Below are positions 49,947 through 61,149 of a stretch of 64,000 nt of DNA, piece by piece. The first letter of the stretch is position 1. The number at the start of each line of letters is the position of its first letter. A program made the translations under genes and the position numbers. The DNA is from Eledone cirrhosa. Lineage: Eukaryota. Location: positions 98,828,001 to 98,892,000 of the forward strand of contig OZ024746.1 of assembly GCA_964016885.1 (NCBI GenBank), written 5' to 3'. Under the pieces are notes generated by a model. That model was not told where the DNA came from and did not search any database. It was given only the letters and a program-made list of their open reading frames with translations.

Positions 49947-50299
49947 CTCTCAGGTCTTCAATAATCATCTCCCACCTCTGCTTATTAATTTTTCAGATTT
50001 TTTCCAAAACCCCACTTCACGCTTATCTAATTTTGCTAATCTATCTCCAGCGATATTTTATTGTAAGTGATTCATATTGATACAACAGCTGGAGAATCTA
50101 ATAATAATTTTATTTTACGTTTAAAAAACATTATATATGACAAAAAAAACATTACAAGAAATCCCATATTTACGAATGTACACTGTACAATTACCAATTT
50201 CCTTACCCCCCATTTATTCCACCCCACTTATAAGAATTTAAGCAAATGTCCAAACTCCCCACACACTTATCCCCTCCTCTATTATTTAGGACCCGAGAG
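49947..50299. mobile_element. TA-target MITE
   Basis: TIRs ctctcaggtcttcaataat / attatttaggacccgagag-TA. Confidence 0.65.
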
Positions 50300-50358
50300 T
50301 ATATCACATGAAAAATTGAAGTCTTTACTATTTTAGTTTACTGTGAATTTGTACACAG

Positions 50359-50745
50359 ATCATCATCATCATTTTACGTCTGCTTTTCTCTGCTTGCAAG
50401 GGTGGGACGGGAACTGATTCTGGCTTGATTTCTACAGCTGGATGCCCTTCCTAACACCAACTTCATTTACAGTGAGTGCTGGGTGCTTTTATTCCATGGT
50501 GCCTACACGTTCAATTTACAGTGTGGGCTGGGTGCTTTTTTTGCCGTGGCACCTCCACGACCACTTTGCAGTGGAATGATAGGGACTCCAGTTCTATCAT
50601 CTCATTTCTACAGCTGAGTAAACTGGAGCAATGTGAAATAAAGTGTCTTGCTCAGGGAAACAACACATCACCCGGTCTGAGAATTGAACTCACAACCTTT
50701 CGATTGCAAGGCCAATGCTCTAACCACTAAGCCATGTGCCTCCAT
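50359..50745 (-). mobile_element. Family B SINE, full length
   Basis: Matches 10115-10457 with one extra internal ~48-bp repeat; (GAT)n tail. Confidence 0.9.
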
Positions 50746-50784
50746 CTCTTTACTAATAAAAAAATATTTAAAGATATTTTTTTT

Positions 50785-52800
50785 CTACTAAATCATTACT
50801 GCTATCAACGACTATCAACTTTATCAACAGTTGCGACCAGGGAAATGGTCCGGGGGGGGGGGGGGGGGGGGGCTACTATGCCGGTAGTTACCCCCTCGCA
50901 AGTAGAGGCGCTTCCCGTGGTGAAAGTCTTTGTGAGGGGAAAGCCATTACAAGCCCTCGTGGACACGGGCTGTACGACAACAGTAGTGACCACTGGGGTG
51001 GTGCAAAAGTGGAGAGGGAAGAGTAGTGTAAGGGCAGTCGATGGTAGGAAGATTGAATGTCGAGGTTGCAGCGAGGTGGAGATGGTGGTACGGGGAAAGA
51101 AAATAAGGCTTTCGGCCATTGTGGTTGACTGCGTGGTGGATGGAATCGGTGTAGTTATGGGCATGGACGCGATTGGCCGTTTAGGAGGCGTCACAGTGAA
51201 CGATGTCGGTGTGACGTTTGGTGTGATGCCAGCAGCATAGCGCTGGGTGTCACGCTGGAGACAGTTGTCGAGGTCGAGGATGCAGCCTGGCTCAGGAAGA
51301 AGGATGATTGCAACCACATCAATGTGGCCAAGCTGGACGCGGTGTTGAGAGGGGTGAACCTCGCCTTGAGGTGGGGACTGCGCACCGTTGAGATTCTCAC
51401 CGACTCAGCCACTATACTCGGATGGGTGAGATCAGTGCTCACCAGTGAGAAGAGAGTGCGAACGAGAGTGGTGGCGGAAATGCTGATAAAGCGCCGCCTG
51501 GGAACACTAGGAGAGCTGGCCGCCGAGTTCGACCTGAGGTTGAGGGTGGTCTTCGTGCCCTCAGAGAAAAATAGAGCAGACGTTCTAACCAGGGTGAAGA
51601 AAGCCTGGGTGGAAGCGCCAGAGGATGTAGAAGAGGGGATAGCTGCTGTGCGTCGGCTGAGGGAGTTGGAACTTAAAGGGTTGCATGACATGCACCACAT
51701 AAGAGTGTATAGGACCCTGTTCCTAGCCAGGAGAATCGACTCCGACGTTAGCAGACACAGTGTCCAGAGTGGTCAGAGGCTGCGTCCGATGTTAGTCTAT
51801 CGATCCCGCCCTGGGTGTGCACGAGACGGGAAGTCTCCCGGTGGATCACGACTGGAAGCGAATGGCGGTGGACATAACACACTACCGACAGGGAACATAC
51901 CTCACGATGGTTGACTGTGGACCGAGACGGATGGCGATATGGAAGGAAATGAAGACGAGAACTGCAGAGGAAATCACACGGACATTGAGAAAGATATTCT
52001 TGGAGCGGGGCCCTGTGGATGAACTCCTGATGGAGAACAGCGCAGCGTTCCGTTCGGAGGCGCTGAGGGAGATGCTTGATGGGTGGAGGTGGACCGCTTC
52101 TTCAGAGCAGCATACAGGCCGAGCGGAAATGGAATCGTGGAGCGACACCACCGCACAATCAAAGCAATGACGGAGCGGGGGCACATCTCACCAATGGAGG
52201 CAGTGTTTTAGTAGGACAGGCTGAGGAATCGGTGCCACACAGAGCAATATACAGATACGAGTGGCGGCACCCGTGCACTGTGCCACAACGGCCAGTGGAG
52301 AGAAAGAACGCATTCGTACAGGTGGGCGAAGAGGTCTGGGTTAAGCCCCTAGACGCACGTTGCACATCTCAATGGGGAAAGGGAACGGTAACGGCCGTAA
52401 ATTCCCAGACTAATGTGTCCGTGGACGGAGTGTCACGTTATATCCTGGATGTGCGTAGAGTCGTTGTGTCGACGGACTCCGAGGAAGAGGAAATCCAAAG
52501 CGCCGCCCCAACATTACGGAGATCGCCTACCGCCTGGCTGGACGGCATATTACCATATGCAGCAGTGTGAGGGGGAGATTGATCCTTGAGATCAGGGGGG
52601 CGTGTGGTGGTGTGAAGGAGGTGACCGGAGGCGGAAGAGGAAGTGACATGAGATGCGTACCCAGGAGCATCTGTGGGCCCTATTTCGGCTGTGACCCGCG
52701 ACGGACGGACGTATGAATGCGAGCTGCAACTTGGCGAACGGATTATACCCACGTGGATGAGGCATGGCTCGCTGAGTGAGCTTGCAGAATTGCGGTAAGT
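50785..52800 (+). mobile_element. Gypsy/Ty3 LTR retrotransposon, internally deleted (protease, RNase H, integrase; no gag, no RT)
   Basis: ..ACA + gttgcgacc PBS-like site; ALVDTGC protease; WCDASS..ILTDS RNase H; HH-CC and WKRMAVDITH..GNGIVERHHRTIK integrase; PPT aggggggcg then TG at 52603. Confidence 0.9.
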
Positions 52801-53170
52801 ACAGTAGCTTTCTCATTACACAGTCGAAAACTAAAATGAAGAAGCGTGGCTTCTTAAATAAATAATGTTGACGATAATAGAGCCATTGAATTGACTCGTA
52901 AAAAGGAAACCAACTAAAATGTTGCAGAGCAAAGCACTTACTGCGGGTGACCAGGAATTTATAGAAAAACTAACAAACCGAACAAAAAGTACAGACGATG
53001 ACATTGAAAATATCACTATAAGTTCCCTACAACTATATATATTAATAGTCTTTCTTAGTTTAGCGTCCACCCTCAACCTTCTCACGGTTTTCCAATAGAG
53101 AAAGCAATTGGATTATAATAAAATGAAAAGAGCCGAGATATTCCTCACAAATGTATCAGTAATTGGTAGC

Positions 53171-53207
53171 ACGTGACCTAACCGATTTCGTGACTCGTCA
53201 GTCACGT
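53171..53207 (-). ncRNA. Degenerate minimal hammerhead ribozyme motif
   Basis: acgtga-CTGACGA-gtcac-GAAA-tcgg-TT-aggtcacgt; stem I out of register by 3 nt. Confidence 0.4.
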
Positions 53208-54240
53208 TTTGATGTTTTGCCAAGTGAACAGGATGGTCGCCTCTTGTCTGATTTCTGTCTGTGTGTCTTTTTTATCTAGGCCGAATGTTGATATTCCAAA
53301 TGTTCAAACAGAAACTAAACACCTACTTCTGAATTTAACATCATACTTTCTTTACAAAGATTAGTAGTTGCAAACATTAAATATAACTCTGTGTTGTTAA
53401 ATAAAAATACTCGGTGGAATATTTCAGTATCTCCCAAATATAGAGTCGGACAAATATTCTGTAAACTATGATTATTCATGGTGGTTGCATGTATATATGG
53501 ATCTTAGCTAAACTACTTCATATAGAACTGAGTTTATAGAGTGCTACTGTCCAATTTGCGCGCGTGGCTTTATAAATATATATATGCATCACTTTCTAGT
53601 TTATTGTCTATGTATGCATGTTAAATGTTACACGAATTAAACACTATATTTCAACAGCTTTGATGTATCGTGCAGGCATGTAGGATGATGAATGTATAAA
53701 TAAAATAATTATTACAAATGTCAAAAGAAAATTATTCAAAGTTAAGATATGGACGAGGTTAGAGCCTTTCCGTTTGTTTATTTCAGTTTGCTGTATTCTC
53801 TATATTAAACGTACTTCTCGGCCACATACCCCTTGTTAGTAAATAACAGCTTTAAATATCTGTTGCAATGCTTTCATAATTCGTTGTGCAATATTTGTTT
53901 GAAATATTCAGAAGATGAAGATGATATTTATTGTTATATTTTCTTAGTTGCCTCTCTCCCACGCACTCGTGCCAATTCCCCTGTTTTCTAAATATAGCAG
54001 TTCACTTCGCTCATCTCAAGTTCTGTTTATGATTGATGACCGCGCCTCCTAGCTTCTTTCAACTGGTGTCTATAGAAATGGGTCTTCCACCGCTGCACAT
54101 GATAGCAACGTAACGGCAGTTAAGCGGACAGGTGCGCCTAGACTCCCCCTTCACCCATCCGTCTTCCTCTCAGATCCTCCCCCACTAATACTTTTTTTCT
54201 GTCACTGAGGGCTCTTCTCGTAACTTGCATCATATAAAAG

Positions 54241-54279
54241 ATGTCAGTGGATCTGAACGGAATTAACTATTATTGGAAG
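54241..54279 (+). CDS. Candidate first coding exon of a host gene (MSVDLNGINYYWK)
   Basis: A-rich start context taaaagATG, donor AAG|GTACGT, in TE-poor CpG-retaining sequence; no downstream exon identified. Confidence 0.35.
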
Positions 54280-54487
54280 GTACGTCGATGTATTTTTTCT
54301 TTCACACAATCAGCTTATTGCGTGTAAATGGGAAAATTTAGCTGCACAGCGTTAGTTTTTGTGTTGTATTAAATTAATCTGATATAATGTCGAAAGCTGG
54401 GGATACGTGCGTTTTATACCTGATTGAATATGCGAGAGCCTTTTCGTGTTTAATAAAACATACTAACATTTTCACTATATATATATA

Positions 54488-54650
54488 ACGAAGGAGTTGT
54501 GGTAAGGAACAAGATACTTAGGGTAGTAGAGTGGGTAATAGGAGACAGTATGACCCCGACGGCAGAGCTCAAGCCGTTTCGACGGCTATTTCTGGACTGA
54601 AATAGCCGTCGAAACGGCTTGAGCTCTGCCGTCGGGGTCATACTTTCTCC
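54488..54650. mobile_element. Fold-back element in a (TA)n tract; 52-bp stem hairpin at 54541-54650
   Basis: Arms have one mismatch around loop tggact; the complementary arm of the family is at 60682-60826. Confidence 0.8.
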
Positions 54651-55615
54651 TATATATATATATATATATATATTTCTGGTTTAATTATTGGGAACTCAAC
54701 TGGTCTTGCATTCTTACCACATATGGGATCAGCTATTTTATTAATATACGTTACTCATAATATATAATTGCCTTAGTGTAAAGTCGAATAGGAAATGTGA
54801 ATATTTCACTATTAAATATTACTTAACATGACATAATATTGTTATAGAAATACCTAGATGTATGCAATAATCTGAATGTACAGATTCACACAAACGCACT
54901 TATAGTCATTGATGAAAAACCGCCAGAGCACTATTTATTACAATATCTATTTTTAATCTTTTTTCTCAACTCCTAAAAATGCTTTCACGTAATAATGAAG
55001 GGTATCATATTTTCCTTTAATTTTCGTTATATATATACACTAAATCAAGTATGTATGTTTATATAGTCATTTTATTTAGTGTCGTCTTCTTTTGGAATTC
55101 TTAGAATTTCGTTGTTTTTCATTGCAATTGCTGTTATGTAGATCTACATACGTAAATAAATATATACTCAGTAGCTATTTTATACACGACCATGGTTACA
55201 CATTTTACAGTTGGGAATTGCTCTTCACGATATAGCTTCAAATTTCGTTTTCACACAGTAAAATCTAAGAATTTAGTGCATATTTTTATGATAGGTAATG
55301 CAAACACATTTGAATATATTTTGCGTCCATGTGGTCTTTATAGAAATCGAACATGGCCTCAACAGCTTTATGTTGATAAATTTATCTTCCGCTTCATTTC
55401 CTTTAATATTCTGTACGTAGCTGTCCTTGACAGTTGTTTCCAGCTAGAGTAGAAATTGTGGGATGACGACTGAGTTGATTAAATCGATCCTAATACTTCT
55501 TTGTTAGGACACATGAAGGATTAAAGACAAAGTTGACCTCGGCGAGATTTGAACACAGAACCTAATTGCCAATCCACGTCACCACTAACTACATGTAAAC
55601 TTCTGTATATTTATA

Positions 55616-55834
55616 ATGGTTTCTTATATAGGCACAAGGCCAGCAATTTTGGGGGGAGGGGAAAGTTGATTAAATCGACTTCAGTGCATGACTGGTACTT
55701 TATTTTATCGACCCCGTAAGGATGAAAGGCAAAGTTAACATCGGCGGGATTTGAACTCGGATCATAAGGGGCCGTAACTCTATGCTGCAAAGCATAGCGT
55801 CCGACCCTCTACCGATACTGCCAATCCACCGCCC
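55616..55834 (-). mobile_element. Family A SINE, full length, young
   Basis: TSD ttctgtatatttata at 55601 and 55835; older degenerate copy at 55470-55585. Confidence 0.92.
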
Positions 55835-55888
55835 TTCTGTATATTTATATATTACGAGGATACGATCTAATGTTACTTATTTCAAACA

Positions 55889-56090
55889 TTGTTGTTGTTT
55901 AGCCCTAGGTCTATCTTAATTGTGTAGGCCTATGATCAGAAACGTTTCAGCATAATCATTCCGTCTTCTTGCATATCAGGAAACTACATTTTCCATTGGG
56001 TCCTTTTTATGTTTTTCAAGACTGTAGGGTATATTTAATGGTGGTTTGACTGCTATTTCTAGCAGATCGAGCGACCACTTAGTGGATGTT
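55889..56090. mobile_element. Dispersed repeat (probable SINE, family D)
   Basis: gg(t/a)tt(t)g(a/g)ctgcta(t/c)ttctagcag motif shared with 24080-24125 and 30960-31000. Confidence 0.45.
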
Positions 56091-56486
56091 GCGTCGGGTT
56101 TCTAATAAGCATTGACCTATATGCCCAACTGTAAACAAATCGTGTGTGTGTATGTATATATATATATATATATATATATAAATGAAAGGTATAGGAAATA
56201 TTGGTGTTTATAAATGTTTGCACATTATGCATGTTTAGGGAATGTACAGGGAAAAGTTAGCTGGAACTAATTAAGGTGTGTGTATATACCCATTTTCCCT
56301 AAGGTAGAGTGTACGCTAATGTTGGATGCTGGATGACGTAAATGCTGTCGATTATTAAAAACAAATAAAACAAAATAGCATTGTTGAATACAGTTGGTCT
56401 TCATAAACACAGATGGATAAACGTATTTAGGGTTGTTAATATAGTACTGACTGAAAAACGAATTATTTATCTAGCTTGTGAGATGT

Positions 56487-56587
56487 AAATGCGTGCGTAT
56501 TTACATATCATCATACATATATGCATGCGTATATAAAATGCGTGCGTATTTACATATCATCATACATATATGCATGCGTATATAAAA
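56487..56587. repeat. 49-bp tandem duplication
   Basis: aaatgcgtgcgtatttacatatcatcatacatatatgcatgcgtatata x2. Confidence 0.9.
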
Positions 56588-57234
56588 TATATTTGCACAG
56601 AGAGAGAGAGGTATCAATGACCATAGTGCTTGAAATAAAATGAAAATATCTTGCATATCTGCTTTCACCAGATACCATGCACATACATTGACAAGTAATG
56701 GAATTAAATGGTTTAGTAAAGATAAACTGTTTATCTAGTTGTACATATTATTATTTATATCTATCTATCTATTCCTACCTCAACTAGCTAAGGTACTAGA
56801 ATATACTAAATCTAGAATAGGCAACTGTGAAATTAAAGTAACCAAATCCCCAAGTTTCGTAAAACTGTTGTAATATTTAAAGAATTTAATTGAAGAAAGA
56901 AACCACCCGACACTCCTTTCCGTTCAGCATGGGTGTCAGCGACCGCGTTTGGAAAGATTTGCACTGTATTTTTAGAGAACTAAGCTTTAGCTTACCATTA
57001 ATTTCTTAGACGTTAACCTGAACCTAGACACAACGTATACGACCTATATTGAAAATGAAATTAATCTCCATTACATTAAGTATATATCTTAAGTATGGTC
57101 ATTTGGAACATTGTAAGGGTAATTAGACTCATACCAAGGTAGAGATGATTCTCTTCTGAGTATCGAGCATCACTTGGTATCGATGCCTCCCAGAGGGGCA
57201 TCAATACGAGAAGCGATAGTTAAATTTGAGCGGG

Positions 57235-57925
57235 TGGTTGGTCCACATTACATGTCTACACCAGCACAATCTTCTCTCTTGCATGCTTCATCTATTTTTT
57301 CTTATGATCAGTTTTTTTCTCTCAGTTAATCTGTACTTCAGAGTTCATACACATTCATATATCCAGCAGAGCATGGTCAGTTCATTTCTCCTCAGCCTTT
57401 GCATTCACTACCATGCAAAATTGCATTCCTCATGCAGGCATCCATCGACCCTTCACTCGGGGCAAGAATTCCTTCGCTGCCAACAGAGGTAGAAGCTCCC
57501 TGAACTCGTTCTGCCCTGTTTTTATTGTAGCTACTCTACTTTCAGAGCAACCACTGCTACTGCCAATTAGGTTACCTAGGTAACAGAAGCTATCAACTCA
57601 GATTTCAGAAACGTTTATTTCCCTGTGAATCTACCACATATGAAGTTCACCATTAATCCAACTACACCTTTTGTGTACTCATTCCTTACTTAGACTACAT
57701 CACATAAAATTCCTACCTTTTCAGCATATCAAGCACAATCTATTTTCTGATTGTATCAGAGTTTTGCTTTCATTCCTTCTTACTAAAACTTTAGTCTTTG
57801 CTAAGGTTTAGAGTAAACTTAGCAAAGACTAAACCTTTTTGATTCTAGGTTTTGCTTCCACAATAGGAATTTTTTCTTTAGATTTGTCTATAAGAACTAG
57901 GCCATCAGCATACAAAAGTTCCCCT
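57235..57925 (-). mobile_element. Highly degraded RTE LINE fragment
   Basis: ELLYADGLVLI, gatagcttctgttacctaggt (DSFCYLG), RLCW..HV remnants. Confidence 0.75.
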
Positions 57926-58030
57926 GAGTAAGTACAATAAACAGAAGAATAAACTGCATCCATTTTATGTTGTAAAGTGTTTTGTGATAGGAATGGCATC
58001 CAGCCAGAAAAACATTGCCAAAAATATGTG

Positions 58031-58064
<34 letters not shown>

Positions 58065-58242
58065 TACATAATAGAATAGAATTAGGATTTAGCTTCATGC
58101 ATAGCTGTATGTAGATATGAATTGAAATTTCGTATTTCTAAAGAAATACAGTATGTTTATGGATAAACATTTAGAAAGCTGTAGCTATGCAAAACACTGG
58201 GGCTATCGCCCTCTGGGGGTGCCCAGCAGAAGCAAGGGGGAC

Positions 58243-58290
58243 ACATCGTCAATGCATTTCGAACTTAACTGGTTCTCATCAGGACGATAT
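58243..58290 (-). ncRNA. Minimal type I hammerhead ribozyme (Penelope/retrozyme type)
   Basis: atatcgtc-CTGATGA-gaac(cagttaa)gttc-GAAA-tgca-TT-gacgatgt: 8-bp stem I, 4-bp stem II, palindromic loop 3, intact core. Confidence 0.85.
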
Positions 58291-58456
58291 TGTATTATAT
58301 TAAGAATTATATAATAAAGTTATATCTGTATAAATACAGTGTGTGTAACCAAGACTACACCAGTGTGTATATAAATATACACATTTAATATATAGGTATC
58401 TAATCATGCTAGAAGATATGAATTTCTTTGTAAATTGAAAAAATGATAAACACCTT

Positions 58457-60681
58457 TAACCCTTTAACATTTACATTACTCTATATATACTATTGTATTT
58501 TCACAGTAAAGGCTTTACCTCACATAATATCTCACATAACATCCACCTCTCGGAGCCTTTCCAAATCATGCGATCCATCCGACAGGGATGCCCTCTCTCC
58601 TCCCTACTGTATGTGCTGGCTCTTGAGCCACTACTGCGGAAGTTGGAGCGGTTGCAGGGCATCCCTTTGGAACCGGGATTGCAGAAAGCGGCGTCGACCT
58701 ACGCCGATGACGTGACAGTAATGGTGTCGAAAACCTCGCAAATCGGTGAGATCGGCACCTTACTGGAGGAATATGAAAGGTTTACAGGAGCCAAGCTGAA
58801 CCGGGACAAGTCCGTCGGTTTGCAACTCGGAACATGGAGAGGCAAACCGATGCCCTCCAACGACGTCGTCGGACGCTGGACGGAGGGCCCGGTGAAGCTG
58901 CTTGGGGTCTGGTTCGGACCAGACCTCCAGGTGGAGAAAAACTGGAACGAGGTAACGGCCAGGGTGTTTGCACTCACCCAGAAGTGGGCCCAGTGCAAAC
59001 TATCCCTGAAAGGTCGAGCGGAGGTGGCGAATACTTATATAGCATCCGTCATCTACTACCGCTTGACCGTCGTGCCTTGCCCAGTGAAAAGACTCGCCAA
59101 AATGGAGTGCGCACTGTTCCAATTTCTTTGGAACAAGCGGACCCCTTTGGTGAGGAGATCCATCTGCTGTCAACACCCTTCGAAAGGAGGGCTGGGGATG
59201 CCGTGGCTACAGATGCGTAAACACGCATTAAGGCTACGGCACCTCCAGGTATTCCTCACCGGTCAACCGGTGTGGGCCCCGTTTGTGAGGCGAGCCTTTC
59301 CCAGACTCGTCTCGCTCACCGAGCTGCAATCCTGGGTCAAGCAAAGACCGAGAAAAGTGGGCGACTGGCACATTGAATGTGCCCAGGAGCTCACGGCCCT
59401 CTGGAAAGCGGACCCGGCAATCAGTGGAGACTCCACCTCGACATTCTATAGAGGGTTGGTACGCAGCAGGTGCGACGATGCTCTCGGAGAAGCTCTAGGC
59501 ATGGAGGAAGATGAACTGGCCAGTCTGTTCGGTAGGACGTTTGGCCCTGGACAGATGGACAACTTCCAAAAGTCCCTGGCTTGGCAGTGCTACCGAGGGG
59601 CTCTACCCGTTCGAGACAAGCTCCACAGGCATGGGAGCCTGGGTAGAGATCCTTTGAATAAGATCTGTCCGAGATGCGTGCATGATGACGAAACCGTTGC
59701 GCACGCATTCGTACACTGCCCAGGCATTGCTGACCAGTGGGGCTATGTGGAACGACTACTGTCGAGGGTGGGACCAATCCGGTTGACCACCGAGTCCATT
59801 GTCACGATCAAACCGCCTCCCCCTTTCAAAAACGAAGGAGAGGCGGTTTTTCTCTGTGTGATAGCCATGGCTAAAGAAGTTGTATGGTGGACGAGGCTGA
59901 AAGGGCTGAGGTCAGACACCTTTCTCTCCGGCCAACAACTGGTCCCCTTTTTCAAATACCATTTTAAAAGAAGGATCAGAATGGAGAGAGAGGTGCTCTA
60001 CCCCAGCAAGTTTTATGAAAGGTGGGTGAAAGTAGGGAGAATGGCCAGAGTGAATGGGTCTTCTCTCTATATCAGCCTGTAGGTGAAAGAAGAGGAAAAA
60101 GAGGAGACGAGGGAAGCACCTACTCTTTGTGCTCCTGAGGAGAAGGGTTGCACATTTTTTCCGGGGTGTGTGCGACCCATGTTAATGCCCCCTCCCTATT
60201 GAGGACTTCGTTTGTTGTTGTTATTTCATTGTTATATTTTTGTACTCGTTAATTATATGTAAACTTCCCCCCTTGTATCTGTCCCTACCTTTTGTGCCCT
60301 AGTGGCAAATAAAGAAACCACTCTATATATACTATTGTATTGTCACAGTAAAGGCTTTACCTCACATAATATCTCACATAACATTTACATTACTCTATAT
60401 ATACTATTGTATTTTCACAGTAAAGGCTTTACCTCACATAATATCTCACATAACATTTACATTACTCTATATATACTATTGTATTTTCGCAGTAAAGGCT
60501 TTACCTCACATAATATCTCACATAACATTTACATTACTCTATATATACTATTGTATTTTCACAGTAAAGGCTTTACCTCACATAATATCTCACATAACAT
60601 TTACATTACTCTATATATACTATTGTATTTTCGCAGTAAAGGCTTTACCTCACATAATATTGAATATATGAGATTTTGATA
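58457..60681. mobile_element. Family P MITE with 72-bp tandem units, interrupted by a Tx1-like LINE; right end deleted
   Basis: TTAACCCTTTaacatttacattac at 58457; units resume at 60320-60660. Confidence 0.88.
58541..60318 (+). mobile_element. Tx1/L1-clade LINE, 5'-truncated, uninterrupted ORF2 C-terminal half (ends 60082) plus 3' UTR
   Basis: IRQGCPLSSLLY, YADDV, KLLGVWF, LSLKGR, GGLGMP, CPRC..ETVAHAFVHC zinc knuckle; ends aataaagaaa. Confidence 0.95.
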
Positions 60682-60826
60682 ACTATTTCTGCAGAAATAG
60701 CCATCGAAACGGCTTGAGCTCTGCCGGCGGGGTCATACATTTTCCTATTACCCACTCTACTACCCTAAGTATTGAGTACTCTGGTGCATTATGGTCCATC
60801 TGGTTCCTTACCACACCTCCTTCGTT
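60682..60826. mobile_element. Half copy of the fold-back element, ending in (TA)n
   Basis: Reverse complement of 54488-54592; starts at palindrome ctatttctgcagaaatag. Confidence 0.85.
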
Positions 60827-60984
60827 ATATATATATAACCAGGGAGTATAACGTGAAGTTACTGTAGGTTCACCCAGGTGAGCACTCGATGTTTAGGTTC
60901 ATGTCTGTAGCGAGGTGTAGAGCTAGACAGAGTGTAATATAATAATACAAGGATGATTTGTTAAGCCTTCATTACGTTTATTGA

Positions 60985-61072
60985 TTGGTGACGCACGTTT
61001 CACTATTGATCAGCTCAAGGTTTGATCTGTGTCAATCTGGCCTGACTCTTGAATCAAAAGCTCGTCGGAGCT
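60985..61072 (-). ncRNA. Degenerate hammerhead-like motif (possible Penelope-like terminal repeat remnant)
   Basis: cCGACGA-gcttttgat..atcaatagt-GAAACGTGCGTC followed by aataaa; core mutated and stem I absent. Confidence 0.35.
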
Positions 61073-61149
61073 CTGTAGTAGTAATGACATGATCATATGT
61101 GTTTATATATAACGATCATTGTGTTTATATATATATATATATACACATG

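Noticed and set aside
902-55834. Genuine tRNA genes
   Set aside because: A/B boxes belong to SINE heads that continue into SINE bodies with TSDs; no complete cloverleaf seen
57176-57206. GC-rich hairpin as a Helitron 3' end
   Set aside because: No CTRR terminus at the expected distance and no second copy
58493-58540. N-terminal extension of the 529-aa ORF as a MITE-LINE fusion protein
   Set aside because: Non-ATG start and chance in-frame junction with MITE repeat; the RT N-terminal part is missing
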